Positions 55,566 through 64,000 of a stretch of DNA of 64,000 bases are shown one piece after another. Source of the stretch: Candidatus Spongiisociaceae bacterium (lineage in GTDB: Bacteria > Actinomycetota > Acidimicrobiia > Spongiisociales > Spongiisociaceae); NCBI GenBank assembly GCA_965219685.1, contig CBDCOH010000002.1:1088001-1152000 (forward strand), given 5' to 3'. Under the pieces are notes generated by a model, which saw only the letters and a program-made list of their open reading frames with translations, was not told the origin of the DNA and did not search any database. Both the position numbers and the translations under genes were made by a program. Every line of letters begins with the position of its first letter. Position 1 is the stretch's first letter.

Positions 55566-56117
55566 ATGAAGATCACGCAAGAGTTCGAGGTAGCCAGCAG
55601 CGCAGAGGCCGTGTTCCGGTTCTTCCAGGATGTGCCGGCGGTGGTTCAGTGCATGCCCGGGGCAGAGTTGACGGAAGACCGGGGAGACGGGGAGTACACG
55701 GGCAAGATCTCGGTCCGCCTAGGCCCGATGACGGCGGGTTTCGAAGGTCAGGCCACGGTGACTTCCGATGCAACGAATCACACCGGGCACATCGCCGGCA
55801 AGGGGGTTGATCGGCGCGGGGGTTCCCGCGGGCAGGTGGCTGTCGACTACGCCGTGTCGGCCACCGACGGCGGGTCTGCAGTGTCGGTGGACGCCGACAT
55901 CAAGATCTCGGGGGCTGCCGCCCAGTTCGGCCGCACCGGGCTGCTCAACCAGATCTCCCAGCGCCTCATCCAGGACTTCGTCAACTGCCTCGAGGCCAAA
56001 CTGGAGGCCGAGGACCAGGCGGCCGCGGCCGAGATCGAGGCAGAGGACGTCAAGGGGATCTCCCTGGTCGCCTCCACCGTTGCCTCGGGGGTCAAGAAGC
56101 TGTTCAGCCGGGGCTGA
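55566..56117 (+). CDS. CoxG/SRPBCC family protein
   Basis: CMPGAEL, V.LGP....F.G, G.AAQFGR.G. Confidence 0.88.
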   Translation: MKITQEFEVASSAEAVFRFFQDVPAVVQCMPGAELTEDRGDGEYTGKISVRLGPMTAGFEGQATVTSDATNHTGHIAGKGVDRRGGSRGQVAVDYAVSATDGGSAVSVDADIKISGAAAQFGRTGLLNQISQRLIQDFVNCLEAKLEAEDQAAAAEIEAEDVKGISLVASTVASGVKKLFSRG

Positions 56118-56190
56118 AGAGGAGTCCGCTCCGCCCCTGCCGGGGCGGGACGACGAGACCCGTCGCCAACGAGACACCGGCACGAAGGGG

Positions 56191-56219
56191 TTGACCGTGT
56201 CACAGGCGTGACGCACACT
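56191..56219 (+). promoter_or_regulatory. Orphan promoter: TTGACC-N17-CACACT with internal TGTCAC-N10 spacing and GTCAC-N4-GTGAC palindrome
   Basis: Shares GTCACAGGCG with the herA promoter at the same distance from the -10. Confidence 0.5.
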
Positions 56220-56469
56220 GGGAGCAGCCGCAAACACCGGCGGTCCGGAATCGGCCGATCAGGACCGCTATCGGGATCACTCAGTGGAAGCCGAACTCAC
56301 GGTGACGGAGAGACGCGTCCAAGCCTCGGAGGTGGTGGTCGGGGGAGGGCCCTTGGACGGGGCCGGTCGACTCGGATTTCGCGTTCTCGTACCCGATGCC
56401 CCGGCCGGTTCGATGCTCGGAAGGCGTCCACTGTGTCGGACCGGGTTCAGTGGCCGGCGCAACGGGGGC

Positions 56470-57594
56470 TCAACTCGATGTGGCTTCGATCACGTAGTCG
56501 AGGCAGGCCGTCAGGGCTTCCACATCCGAAGGCGGGATGGTCGGCCACAGTCCTATCCGCAGTTGGTTCCGTCCCAGCTTGCGGTAGGACTCCGTGTCCA
56601 CGACGCCGTTGGCCCGCAGCGTGGCGGCCAAATGGTCACCGGACACCGGTTGCTCGAAGTCGATGGTGGCGTTGACCCGTGAGCGTATGGAGGGATCCGC
56701 GACGAACGGATAGGCCATCGGATGGGCTTCCGCCCAGTCGTAGAGGATCGCCGCGTTCTCCGCGCAGCGCGAGGCTGACCAGGCAAGCCCGCCGCGGCTG
56801 TTGATCCACTCGACCGTGTCGGCCAGCATGAAGATGGTGGCCAGAGCCGGTGTGTTGTAGGTCTGGTCCTTGCGGGAGTTGGAAACCGCCGACGCCAGGG
56901 AGAGGAACGGAGGAATCCACCGATCGGAGGCGGCTATCCGCTCTATCCGTTCGATCGCCCGCGGCGAGCACAACGCAACGAACAGGCCCCCATCCCCGCC
57001 GAAGGCCTTCTGGGGAGAGAAGTAGTAGACATCCAGCTCCTCCGGATCCACGGGCGTGCCGCCGGCCGCGGACGTGGCGTCGACCACGGTCAGCCCCTCC
57101 CCGGACACTCGCTTGATCGGCATGGTCACGCCGGTGGAGGTCTCGTTGTGGGTAAGCCCGTAGAGGTCGATGCGGTCCGAAGGCACCGGCACGGGATGCG
57201 TCCCCGGAGGCGCTTCGATGAGTTCGGGAGCGTCGAGGTGCGGAGCCCCGTTCACAGCCCGCGCGAACTTGGACGAGAACTCACCGAAGCAGAGATGCTG
57301 GCTCCTGCGTTCGATCAGGCCGAAGGTGGCGGCATCCCAGAAACCGGTCGCGCCCCCGTTGCCGAGCACCACCTCGTAGCGGTCAGGAAGCCCGAACAGG
57401 GCTGCCAAGCCTTCCCGGACTCGCCCCACCATGGCCCGGACGGTCGGCCGGCGGTGAGAGGTCCCCATGTACGTGCGCCCTGCGTCGGCCAAGGCCGCGA
57501 GCGTCTCGGCCCGTACCTTCGTGGGGCCGCTTCCGAACCGGCCGTCGGCGGGCAGCAGTTCGGGCGGTATCCGGATCGAGGTGTGTTCTGGCAT
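56470..57594 (-). CDS. serC: Phosphoserine aminotransferase (actinobacterial type)
   Basis: [54 protein letters not shown]. Confidence 0.93.
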   Translation of the reverse strand: MPEHTSIRIPPELLPADGRFGSGPTKVRAETLAALADAGRTYMGTSHRRPTVRAMVGRVREGLAALFGLPDRYEVVLGNGGATGFWDAATFGLIERRSQHLCFGEFSSKFARAVNGAPHLDAPELIEAPPGTHPVPVPSDRIDLYGLTHNETSTGVTMPIKRVSGEGLTVVDATSAAGGTPVDPEELDVYYFSPQKAFGGDGGLFVALCSPRAIERIERIAASDRWIPPFLSLASAVSNSRKDQTYNTPALATIFMLADTVEWINSRGGLAWSASRCAENAAILYDWAEAHPMAYPFVADPSIRSRVNATIDFEQPVSGDHLAATLRANGVVDTESYRKLGRNQLRIGLWPTIPPSDVEALTACLDYVIEATSS

Positions 57595-57634
57595 GTCTAT
57601 CGTTCCCTCTCCAGGACCCGATACGGAGAACGTG

Positions 57635-58831
57635 ATGTCAGGAGTATCGCAGCGAATCGAATCGATGGCCGAATCGGCCACCATGGCGATCACCGCCAAG
57701 GCGAGGGCCTTGCGGGCGGCCGGCCACGACGTGATCGGCTACGGCGCGGGCGAGCCCGACTTCCCGACTCCCGAACCGATAGTGGCCGCGGCCAGGGCCG
57801 CTGCCGCCGACCCTGCCATGCACAAGTACACGCCGGCGCCCGGGCTCCCGGCGCTGCGGGAGGCGGTGGCCGCCAAGACCCGGCGGGACTCGGGCTACGA
57901 GGTGACACCGTCGCAGGTGATCATCACCAACGGCGGCAAGCAAGGTGTCTACACGGGGATCCACTGCCTGGTCGATCCTGGCGACGAGGTACTGCTGCCG
58001 GCCCCCTACTGGGTCACCTACCCGGCGGTGGTGGAGTTGGCCGGTGGGACCACCATCCCCATCGAGACCGACGAGAGCAGCGGGTTCAAGGTGACGGTTG
58101 ACCAACTGGAGGCCGCCAGCACGCCTCGCACCAAGCTGCTGATCTTCGTCTCACCCTCGAATCCGACCGGGGCGGTCTACAGCGCGGCCGAGGTGGCCGA
58201 GATCGGCCGTTGGGCGGTGGATCGCGGTGTCTGGGTCCTCACCGACGAGATCTACGAACATCTGGTGTATGGCGGAGCATCGTTCGCGTCGCTGCCGGTG
58301 GAAGTTCCGGAACTGGCCGAACGGTGCCTGATCGTCAACGGAGTGGCCAAGACCTACGCGATGACCGGATGGAGGGTGGGCTGGATGATCGGGCCGGCCC
58401 ATGTGATCGCCGGGGCGACCAAGCTCCAGGGCCACCTGACATCCAACGTGTCGAACATCGCACAGGCGGGCGCGATCGAGGCCGTGTCAGGACCCCTCGA
58501 CGACGTCTACATGATGCGGGAGGCGTTCGACCGCCGCAGGCGGATGATGCACCGGATGCTCAACGAGACGAGAGGCATCGACTGCATCGAGCCACTAGGA
58601 GCCTTCTATTGCTTCGCGTCGGTACGCGGAGCGCTCGGGAGCCGGATCGGCGATGCCCGGCCCGCCACCGCCCTGGAACTGGCCGATGTCTGCATCGACC
58701 AGGCCGGGGTGGCCTTCGTTCCCGGCGAGGCCTTCGGAGCACCCGGCTACGCCCGGTTCTCCTACGCCCTGGGCGACGAGGACCTCGTGACCGGTCTGAC
58801 CAGACTCCAGGACCTACTGGGACCCTCTTGA
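57635..58831 (+). CDS. Class I PLP aminotransferase (aspartate aminotransferase-like)
   Basis: [57 protein letters not shown]. Confidence 0.93.
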   Translation: MSGVSQRIESMAESATMAITAKARALRAAGHDVIGYGAGEPDFPTPEPIVAAARAAAADPAMHKYTPAPGLPALREAVAAKTRRDSGYEVTPSQVIITNGGKQGVYTGIHCLVDPGDEVLLPAPYWVTYPAVVELAGGTTIPIETDESSGFKVTVDQLEAASTPRTKLLIFVSPSNPTGAVYSAAEVAEIGRWAVDRGVWVLTDEIYEHLVYGGASFASLPVEVPELAERCLIVNGVAKTYAMTGWRVGWMIGPAHVIAGATKLQGHLTSNVSNIAQAGAIEAVSGPLDDVYMMREAFDRRRRMMHRMLNETRGIDCIEPLGAFYCFASVRGALGSRIGDARPATALELADVCIDQAGVAFVPGEAFGAPGYARFSYALGDEDLVTGLTRLQDLLGPS

Positions 58832-59021
58832 GGCCACTGGGTTACGTTTTGCTCGTCAGACTGAGTAAAACTACTCACCGTCCTGAGTAAATCGCACGGG
58901 TCGTGGCGGTGGTGGTCAAGAGCGGCCGGGCTCCCACGAGCAGGCGAGGGATGAGCGCCCTCGTCGCCGCCCACGGACCGGCGCGAACCCTGCTTCTGGG
59001 CAGCGGTGGCTTCGACATCGG

Positions 59022-60791
59022 ATGGTTCCTCTCGACACCCGTGATGGAGTGGTTGTGATCCCGCCGGCGGGCTCCTCGCGTGCGTTGAGGAAGGAACGGC
59101 GGAACCTGTGTTCCCGCTTACCGGCTGCGTGCTCTGCCGCGCTCGTTCTCCTGGTTTTGGCCGGCTGCGGGGACGACCGGGGGTACACACCACCGCTGAC
59201 CACCGTGACCTCCCCCACACATGTCGAGCCGGGCACCGAGTCCTCCCCGGAGTCCGGACCGACCACGGCCGGTTCCAGCACGGTGCCCGTCCCGTCGTCG
59301 GCGCCTGCCGAAACAACGGTCGCTACAACACGCGCCACCACGACTTCGTTGGTCGGTAGCACCTCGAGTTCGGTGCCGGTGGGTTCGACCACTACGCCAC
59401 CCCCGCCTTCGACCACTTCGCTACCTCCGCCTCCCACCACCGCCGAGCAGACAGATACGGGACTCCTGATCGAGGGAGTGTTCGTCTCGGTGATCGTTTC
59501 GGCAACCACCGAGGCAGGAGCGAGAGCCGCGCTCGCGGATCTCGAAGACAGATTCGGTAACGAGTTCGGCATCCTACGAAGCGATGAATTCAAGAGCCTC
59601 AATCCCGGCTACTGGGTGGTGTATGCCGGACCGTTCGCCACCGCAGCGGAGTCTCAGATCGCTTGCTGGTCCGCCTTGGACATGCGGACCGCCTCGCTCT
59701 GTTACGGCCGGCGTCTCTCCCAGGATCCCGACGACGTGGCGGTCGTCTACCCGCCTGCGTCTGCCGGTCGCGAGCCGGCGCCCACTGTTACATCGAGCAC
59801 CAACTCCACTCTCGCATCGAGCCCCGACAGGGTGTCGTCAGCGCAAGACGTGTACGAGATCGTTGCGCCATCGCTCGCCCACATAGTCAATGGGGATCGC
59901 ACGGGAGCGGGCAGCGGCATCTTGATCGACGGGGGCTACATCATCACCAACTACCACGTCGTCGAGCCATACAGCGTGGTCGCGAGGGTTGTGTTCCCGG
60001 ACGGAACCGAATTGTGGAACGTGCCGGTAGTGGGATGGGAACCTTGGGCAGACCTCGCGGTGCTGGGGCCGGTGAGCGTCCCGATCCCACCGCTGACTCT
60101 CCGGGACGGGGAGCGCATGGTCGCCGGGAGCGATCTGTTCCTGGTCGGCTACCCCGCCGAACCCGAGTTCTATCCGCAACCATCGATCACGCAGGGAGTC
60201 CTGTCCCGTTCCTACGAAGAATCGACTACAGGCCTGACGGTACTGCGTACCGACGCAGCAGCTATGGGTGGACAGAGCGGAGGAGCGATGGTCGATGCTC
60301 GGGGTCAGCTAGTCGGTGTGACAATGCGGGGTATCGCTCAGAGCGGAATTGGTGTCGTTTTCACCGAGGCGTATTCCGCGGTTGACTACCAGGAACTCGT
60401 CGACTGGATCATCCGAGCCGCGGGTCCTCGTCCGGATGGAGGTACCGGCACGCCGGGCGAACCGCGGACGCAGCCCGAATCTCCAGCGCTGTTGGAGGGC
60501 AGGTTCGTGTCCGTGGTGGTGTCGGCCACGTCCGCAGCGGCTGCCGAGGAGAGACGGGAGGAGCTGGAGCGCCGGTTCGGCGTGCGGTTCGGGATACTCG
60601 TGAGTACTGACTTCGCGAGTCTTAATCCGGGGTATTGGGTGGTCTATGCGGGACCGTTCGTTACCGCTGCGGAGGCTCAGGACGCTTGCTGGTCGGTGCT
60701 GGGGATGCGGACCGCCTCCCTCTGTTACGGCCGGCGCCTCTCACAGGATCTGGCTGATAGGGAGATCGTGTATCCACCAGCGCCTGGTTGA
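59022..60791 (+). CDS. Lipoprotein: trypsin-like serine protease flanked by two copies of a SPOR-like domain
   Basis: Lipobox LAGC, Thr/Pro/Ser-rich linker, catalytic motifs TNYHVV / DLAVL / GQSGG, duplicated domain of about 95 aa containing SLNPGYWVVYAGPF. Exact start uncertain. Confidence 0.8.
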   Translation: MVPLDTRDGVVVIPPAGSSRALRKERRNLCSRLPAACSAALVLLVLAGCGDDRGYTPPLTTVTSPTHVEPGTESSPESGPTTAGSSTVPVPSSAPAETTVATTRATTTSLVGSTSSSVPVGSTTTPPPPSTTSLPPPPTTAEQTDTGLLIEGVFVSVIVSATTEAGARAALADLEDRFGNEFGILRSDEFKSLNPGYWVVYAGPFATAAESQIACWSALDMRTASLCYGRRLSQDPDDVAVVYPPASAGREPAPTVTSSTNSTLASSPDRVSSAQDVYEIVAPSLAHIVNGDRTGAGSGILIDGGYIITNYHVVEPYSVVARVVFPDGTELWNVPVVGWEPWADLAVLGPVSVPIPPLTLRDGERMVAGSDLFLVGYPAEPEFYPQPSITQGVLSRSYEESTTGLTVLRTDAAAMGGQSGGAMVDARGQLVGVTMRGIAQSGIGVVFTEAYSAVDYQELVDWIIRAAGPRPDGGTGTPGEPRTQPESPALLEGRFVSVVVSATSAAAAEERREELERRFGVRFGILVSTDFASLNPGYWVVYAGPFVTAAEAQDACWSVLGMRTASLCYGRRLSQDLADREIVYPPAPG

Positions 60792-60875
60792 GTCGAGCCA
60801 GCGCTGCCGGAGCCTTCCGTGGGCGGCCCATCAGACATCGGATTCGGTGCACGTGGACCATGACGTCGGACCGGC

Positions 60876-62039
60876 TCACGGCTCCGGTGGGCGTCGGGTG
60901 CTCAGGTCGAGGCGGCGGCGGAGCCAGAGAGCTCCTCCAAGGGCCAGGGTGCCCAGGCCCGCCCACACCATCTCCAGGACTCGTCCGGATCGGCCACCAG
61001 GAGGATCGGTGTTCGGATCCACGGGACCGGGGGCTCGAGCAGCGGCTTCGGCAACGGGCTCGGTTGCGGGGACAGTCTTTGATGGAGTTGGCGGGTCATC
61101 GGGTTCTATCGGTGCAAACGACGGCTGGCTGGAGGGCGGGACCGTCGCGAGGGTGGTTCCTGCGGATACCTCGCTGGTCGTCACCGGAGTTCCCGTCGGC
61201 TGGGTCTGAACCGGTGCTGCGACTGTTGTCGTGGATGCCAGGGATGTGGTGGACGCAGTCGACGGCGGGCGGGAATCCGATCCGGTCGATGAGAGGGCCG
61301 TTACCTGCCGGGGAAAGCTGTTCTCCACGAGGTCGAATTCTCTGTCGCCCGGACACGTGGTCCGCGACATGGTCCTGTGGCCCGTGATGGTCGGGGTCAC
61401 CACCACCTTTCCCTCCGGATGGAGGTTCGAACCGCGGGAGACGAACTCGGCGGTTGACCCGGGGCTTGGGTCAATGCCGTATCCGACTGCCAGCCAGGTG
61501 AGGAGCGCGACCATGGCCGACTGAGCAGCCTTGGTGGGGGCGACATCCTGGTGATCGCCAATGAAACACGTCAGGAGAGCGAACCCCTGACTTCCGCCGG
61601 TGGCGTCACCCCGGACCGGTGACTCGAGGCTGCCATGCCGTCCCTCGAAGATCTTCCCGTGCCTGTCCACCAGGAAGTTGTAGGCGATGTCGGGCCAGCC
61701 TTTTTCGGTGGATGTGTGGTAGTGGTAGAAGGACCTGAGGTACCGGATCGATTGTTCGGGCGAGTAGTCGTTGGGAGAGGCGCTGTGATGTACGAGGAGG
61801 AACCGTACGTCGTCGACTGCTTCCGAATCCATCGGTCCTGTCGGTGGTAGGTCCGCTCCCCAGACGTCGCGGCGGAGGATGACGTGGCTCCCTCCGATGG
61901 GGAGACCGTCGGTCTGAGCGGCGGCCCGGATCGAGAGAGTTCTGGGCAGGAGTAGTCCGGCCGCCGTCCCCAGTCCACCCAACGCAAGGAACCCACGGCG
62001 CGTGAGTGGGGCTCCGGACTGCGGGTGATCCACTTCCAT
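60876..62039 (-). CDS. Tat-exported N-acetylmuramoyl-L-alanine amidase (PGRP/Amidase_2) with C-terminal membrane anchor
   Basis: TRRGFL signal, VHHSA, GWPDIAYNFLVD..G.IFEGR, GHR....TCPG, S/T/P-rich stalk, TM helix followed by RRR. Confidence 0.88.
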   Translation of the reverse strand: MEVDHPQSGAPLTRRGFLALGGLGTAAGLLLPRTLSIRAAAQTDGLPIGGSHVILRRDVWGADLPPTGPMDSEAVDDVRFLLVHHSASPNDYSPEQSIRYLRSFYHYHTSTEKGWPDIAYNFLVDRHGKIFEGRHGSLESPVRGDATGGSQGFALLTCFIGDHQDVAPTKAAQSAMVALLTWLAVGYGIDPSPGSTAEFVSRGSNLHPEGKVVVTPTITGHRTMSRTTCPGDREFDLVENSFPRQVTALSSTGSDSRPPSTASTTSLASTTTVAAPVQTQPTGTPVTTSEVSAGTTLATVPPSSQPSFAPIEPDDPPTPSKTVPATEPVAEAAARAPGPVDPNTDPPGGRSGRVLEMVWAGLGTLALGGALWLRRRLDLSTRRPPEP

Positions 62040-62115
62040 CGATCTCACCTTCCTACTGTGCGTGGACCGGGAGCTCGCACCGGCAGCCACGTAACACCAG
62101 CAGGCCGGTTATCCG

Positions 62116-64000
62116 TCAGCGAGAACTGAGTGCCACGTGCTCGGGCCTGACCGGGGTGCGGCCTAATTCGAGGCCGGTGGCCTCGCGGATGGCAGCCACT
62201 ACCGCTGCCGTGGAGGATACGGTGGGTGGTTCTCCGACGCCTTTGGCGCCGAACGGGCCGAAGGAGCTGGGTTCCTCGATCACCTCTATGTCGATGGGCG
62301 GGGCGTCCAGGAAGGTGGGCAGCAGGTAGTCGGTGAAGGTGGGGTTCTTGATCACCCCGTCCTCGACGACGACCTCCTCGAGGGTGGCGAGACCGATCCC
62401 CTGCATGGTCCCGCCCTCTATCTGGCCGACCACCGAGCGGGGGTTGATCATGAAGCCGACATCCTGGACCGTGTCGACCTGCACCACCCGGAACAGTCCC
62501 AACTCCTGGTCCACATCGACGACAGCCCGGTGGGCGGCGAAGGCGAAGTCCACGTGGAGGTCGCCCTGGCCTCTCTCGTCCGGCTCCTCGGTCTGCGGGT
62601 GGTGGAACCGGGTGTGGTACTCGATGTTCTCCCGGCCGACCAGGTCCCGCATCGGGGTCACCAGGACGCCGTCCTTCCAGACCCCCTCCCCGTCCAACCG
62701 GTCGCCGCCGCCTCTCTGCAGCGCGATCTCGCGCGCCATCCGGGCAGCCTCCATGACCGCTCCCCCGGTCATCTGCGTCTGGCGGGACGCCGAAGTGGAA
62801 CCGGCCGACCCGATCTTGGACGTGTCGTCGTAGTAGACGACCACATCCTCGATCCCCAGGACGGTCCGGGCGATCTGGGCGCACGCCATTCCGAGTCCCT
62901 GGCCCACCTCGACCGCGGCGGTGTGCACCTCCACGCCGAACGGCGTGATGACCACCCGGGCCTCCGAGTAGTCGTCGAAGCCGGCGGAGAAGCACAGGTT
63001 CTTGATACCGACGGCGTAGCCGACCCCGCGTCTCACCACCGGTCGGGAGGTGGTGAGGCCGGTGCCGCCCGGGAGGAGGCGCGGGTCGTCGCTATGGTTC
63101 TGCGGCGGCAGGGGCACCCGGCGCAGCCGCTCGAGGATCTCCACCACCGGCGCCGATGTGTCGATCACCTGGCCGGACGTGGCGAGCGGGTCCCCCCGGC
63201 GCAACGCGTTACTGATCCGGAGTTCCACGCGGTCCATTCCCAGGGCGTCGGCCAGCTTGTCCATCTGCGCCTCGTGGCCGAAGCAGGCCTGCACCGCTCC
63301 GAAACCGCGCATCGCCCCGCACGGGGGGTTGTTGGTCTTGACGGCAACTCCGTCGACGGCCACCGAGTCGCAGCGGTACGGTCCGGCGGCGTGATAGACG
63401 GCGTTGCCGATCACAGAGTTGCTCGTGGACTGGAAGGCGCCCCCGTCGATGATGATCCTCGCCTCGATACGGCGCAGCGTTCCGTCCGGGTCCGCCTCGT
63501 GGCGCATCCACAACTGCGCCGGGTGGCGGTGGACATGGCCGACGAAGCTCTCGGCCCGGCTGTAGACCATCTTCACGGGCCTCCCCGTGTACAGGGCCAG
63601 CAGGCAGAGATGGATCTGGAGGCTCACGTCTTCCCTGGCGCCGAAGGCCCCTCCCACACCGGCGTGATGGACCCGCACCGCGTCGTCGGCCACTCCTAGG
63701 CCCGCCACGATCTGCTCGTGGTCGACGTGCGTCCACTGGGTGGCGATGTGCAGGTCGACCCCGCCCCGGTCGTCGGGGATGGCCAGGCCCGACTCGGTTC
63801 CGAGTGGCGCCTGATCCTGCATCCCGACCTCGTAGTAGCCCTCCACGACTACCGAACCCCCGGCGTCCTGGGGGCCTCTCCGGCAACTGATCCGATGGAA
63901 CACGGAGTCGACGGCGTCGGCCTCCTCGGGATCGGTCAGCGGTGCCAACACGTCGTAGTCGATGTCGATTGCCTCCACCGCGAGGCGGGCCGTCTCGGGA
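62116..64000 (-). CDS. Xanthine dehydrogenase molybdopterin-binding subunit (PucD-like); 5' end beyond the window
   Basis: QDQAPLGTESG, GGAFGARE, AMRGFGAVQ, EVGQG, GSTSASRQT, GQIEGG, GAKGVGE. Confidence 0.92.
   Translation of the reverse strand, partial: PETARLAVEAIDIDYDVLAPLTDPEEADAVDSVFHRISCRRGPQDAGGSVVVEGYYEVGMQDQAPLGTESGLAIPDDRGGVDLHIATQWTHVDHEQIVAGLGVADDAVRVHHAGVGGAFGAREDVSLQIHLCLLALYTGRPVKMVYSRAESFVGHVHRHPAQLWMRHEADPDGTLRRIEARIIIDGGAFQSTSNSVIGNAVYHAAGPYRCDSVAVDGVAVKTNNPPCGAMRGFGAVQACFGHEAQMDKLADALGMDRVELRISNALRRGDPLATSGQVIDTSAPVVEILERLRRVPLPPQNHSDDPRLLPGGTGLTTSRPVVRRGVGYAVGIKNLCFSAGFDDYSEARVVITPFGVEVHTAAVEVGQGLGMACAQIARTVLGIEDVVVYYDDTSKIGSAGSTSASRQTQMTGGAVMEAARMAREIALQRGGGDRLDGEGVWKDGVLVTPMRDLVGRENIEYHTRFHHPQTEEPDERGQGDLHVDFAFAAHRAVVDVDQELGLFRVVQVDTVQDVGFMINPRSVVGQIEGGTMQGIGLATLEEVVVEDGVIKNPTFTDYLLPTFLDAPPIDIEVIEEPSSFGPFGAKGVGEPPTVSSTAAVVAAIREATGLELGRTPVRPEHVALSSR

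Noticed and set aside
56110-56117. GGGGCTGA resembling a tmRNA 5' end
   Set aside because: It is the last codons and stop of coxG; the following GGxTTCGAC and a tRNA-like 3' end are absent.
1-64000. CRISPR arrays, tRNA/rRNA genes, transposases or integrases
   Set aside because: No repeat-spacer periodicity, cloverleaf or rRNA signature, or DDE/tyrosine/serine recombinase motif was recognised by eye; a covariance-model search was not possible.

Overview
High-GC window from an Actinomycetota chromosome. The gene set and Gram-positive-type LexA boxes suggest Acidimicrobiia; that placement is inferred. No rRNA, tRNA, CRISPR array or transposase was seen. Main content: (i) an SOS mutagenesis cassette imuA'-imuB ... 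dnaE2 with two LexA boxes, split by an AAA_14/DUF4143 ATPase gene. (ii) A candidate variant of the reductive purine/urate (2,8-dioxopurine-type) pathway in two loci: a Se-dependent-type xanthine dehydrogenase, SsnA-like hydrolase, short YgfK lacking its FAD/NAD(P)H module and a PPOX/F420-type enzyme (20.1-26.0 kb), and two nitrilase-family carbamoylases with two fold-II PLP enzymes (31.1-36.6 kb). The two loci share a near-identical palindrome (TT[T/G]ACA-N3-TGTAAA); the first copy lies upstream of a small divergent operon encoding an HTH regulator. (iii) A herA-sbcD-sbcC-nurA operon in the archaeal herA-mre11-rad50-nurA order, behind a PafBC/RecA-NDp-like promoter. (iv) Many small toxin-antitoxin-like cassettes and remnants (Fic, MNT with deleted HEPN, PIN, DUF4258/DUF2283, Uma2, HicAB bounded by a 14-bp direct repeat, XRE-NTase). 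(v) Housekeeping and envelope genes (ccdA, nth, xpt, thyA, gpsA, serC, aminotransferase, thiolase, amidase, protease). All family assignments come from motif recognition by eye, not database searches.
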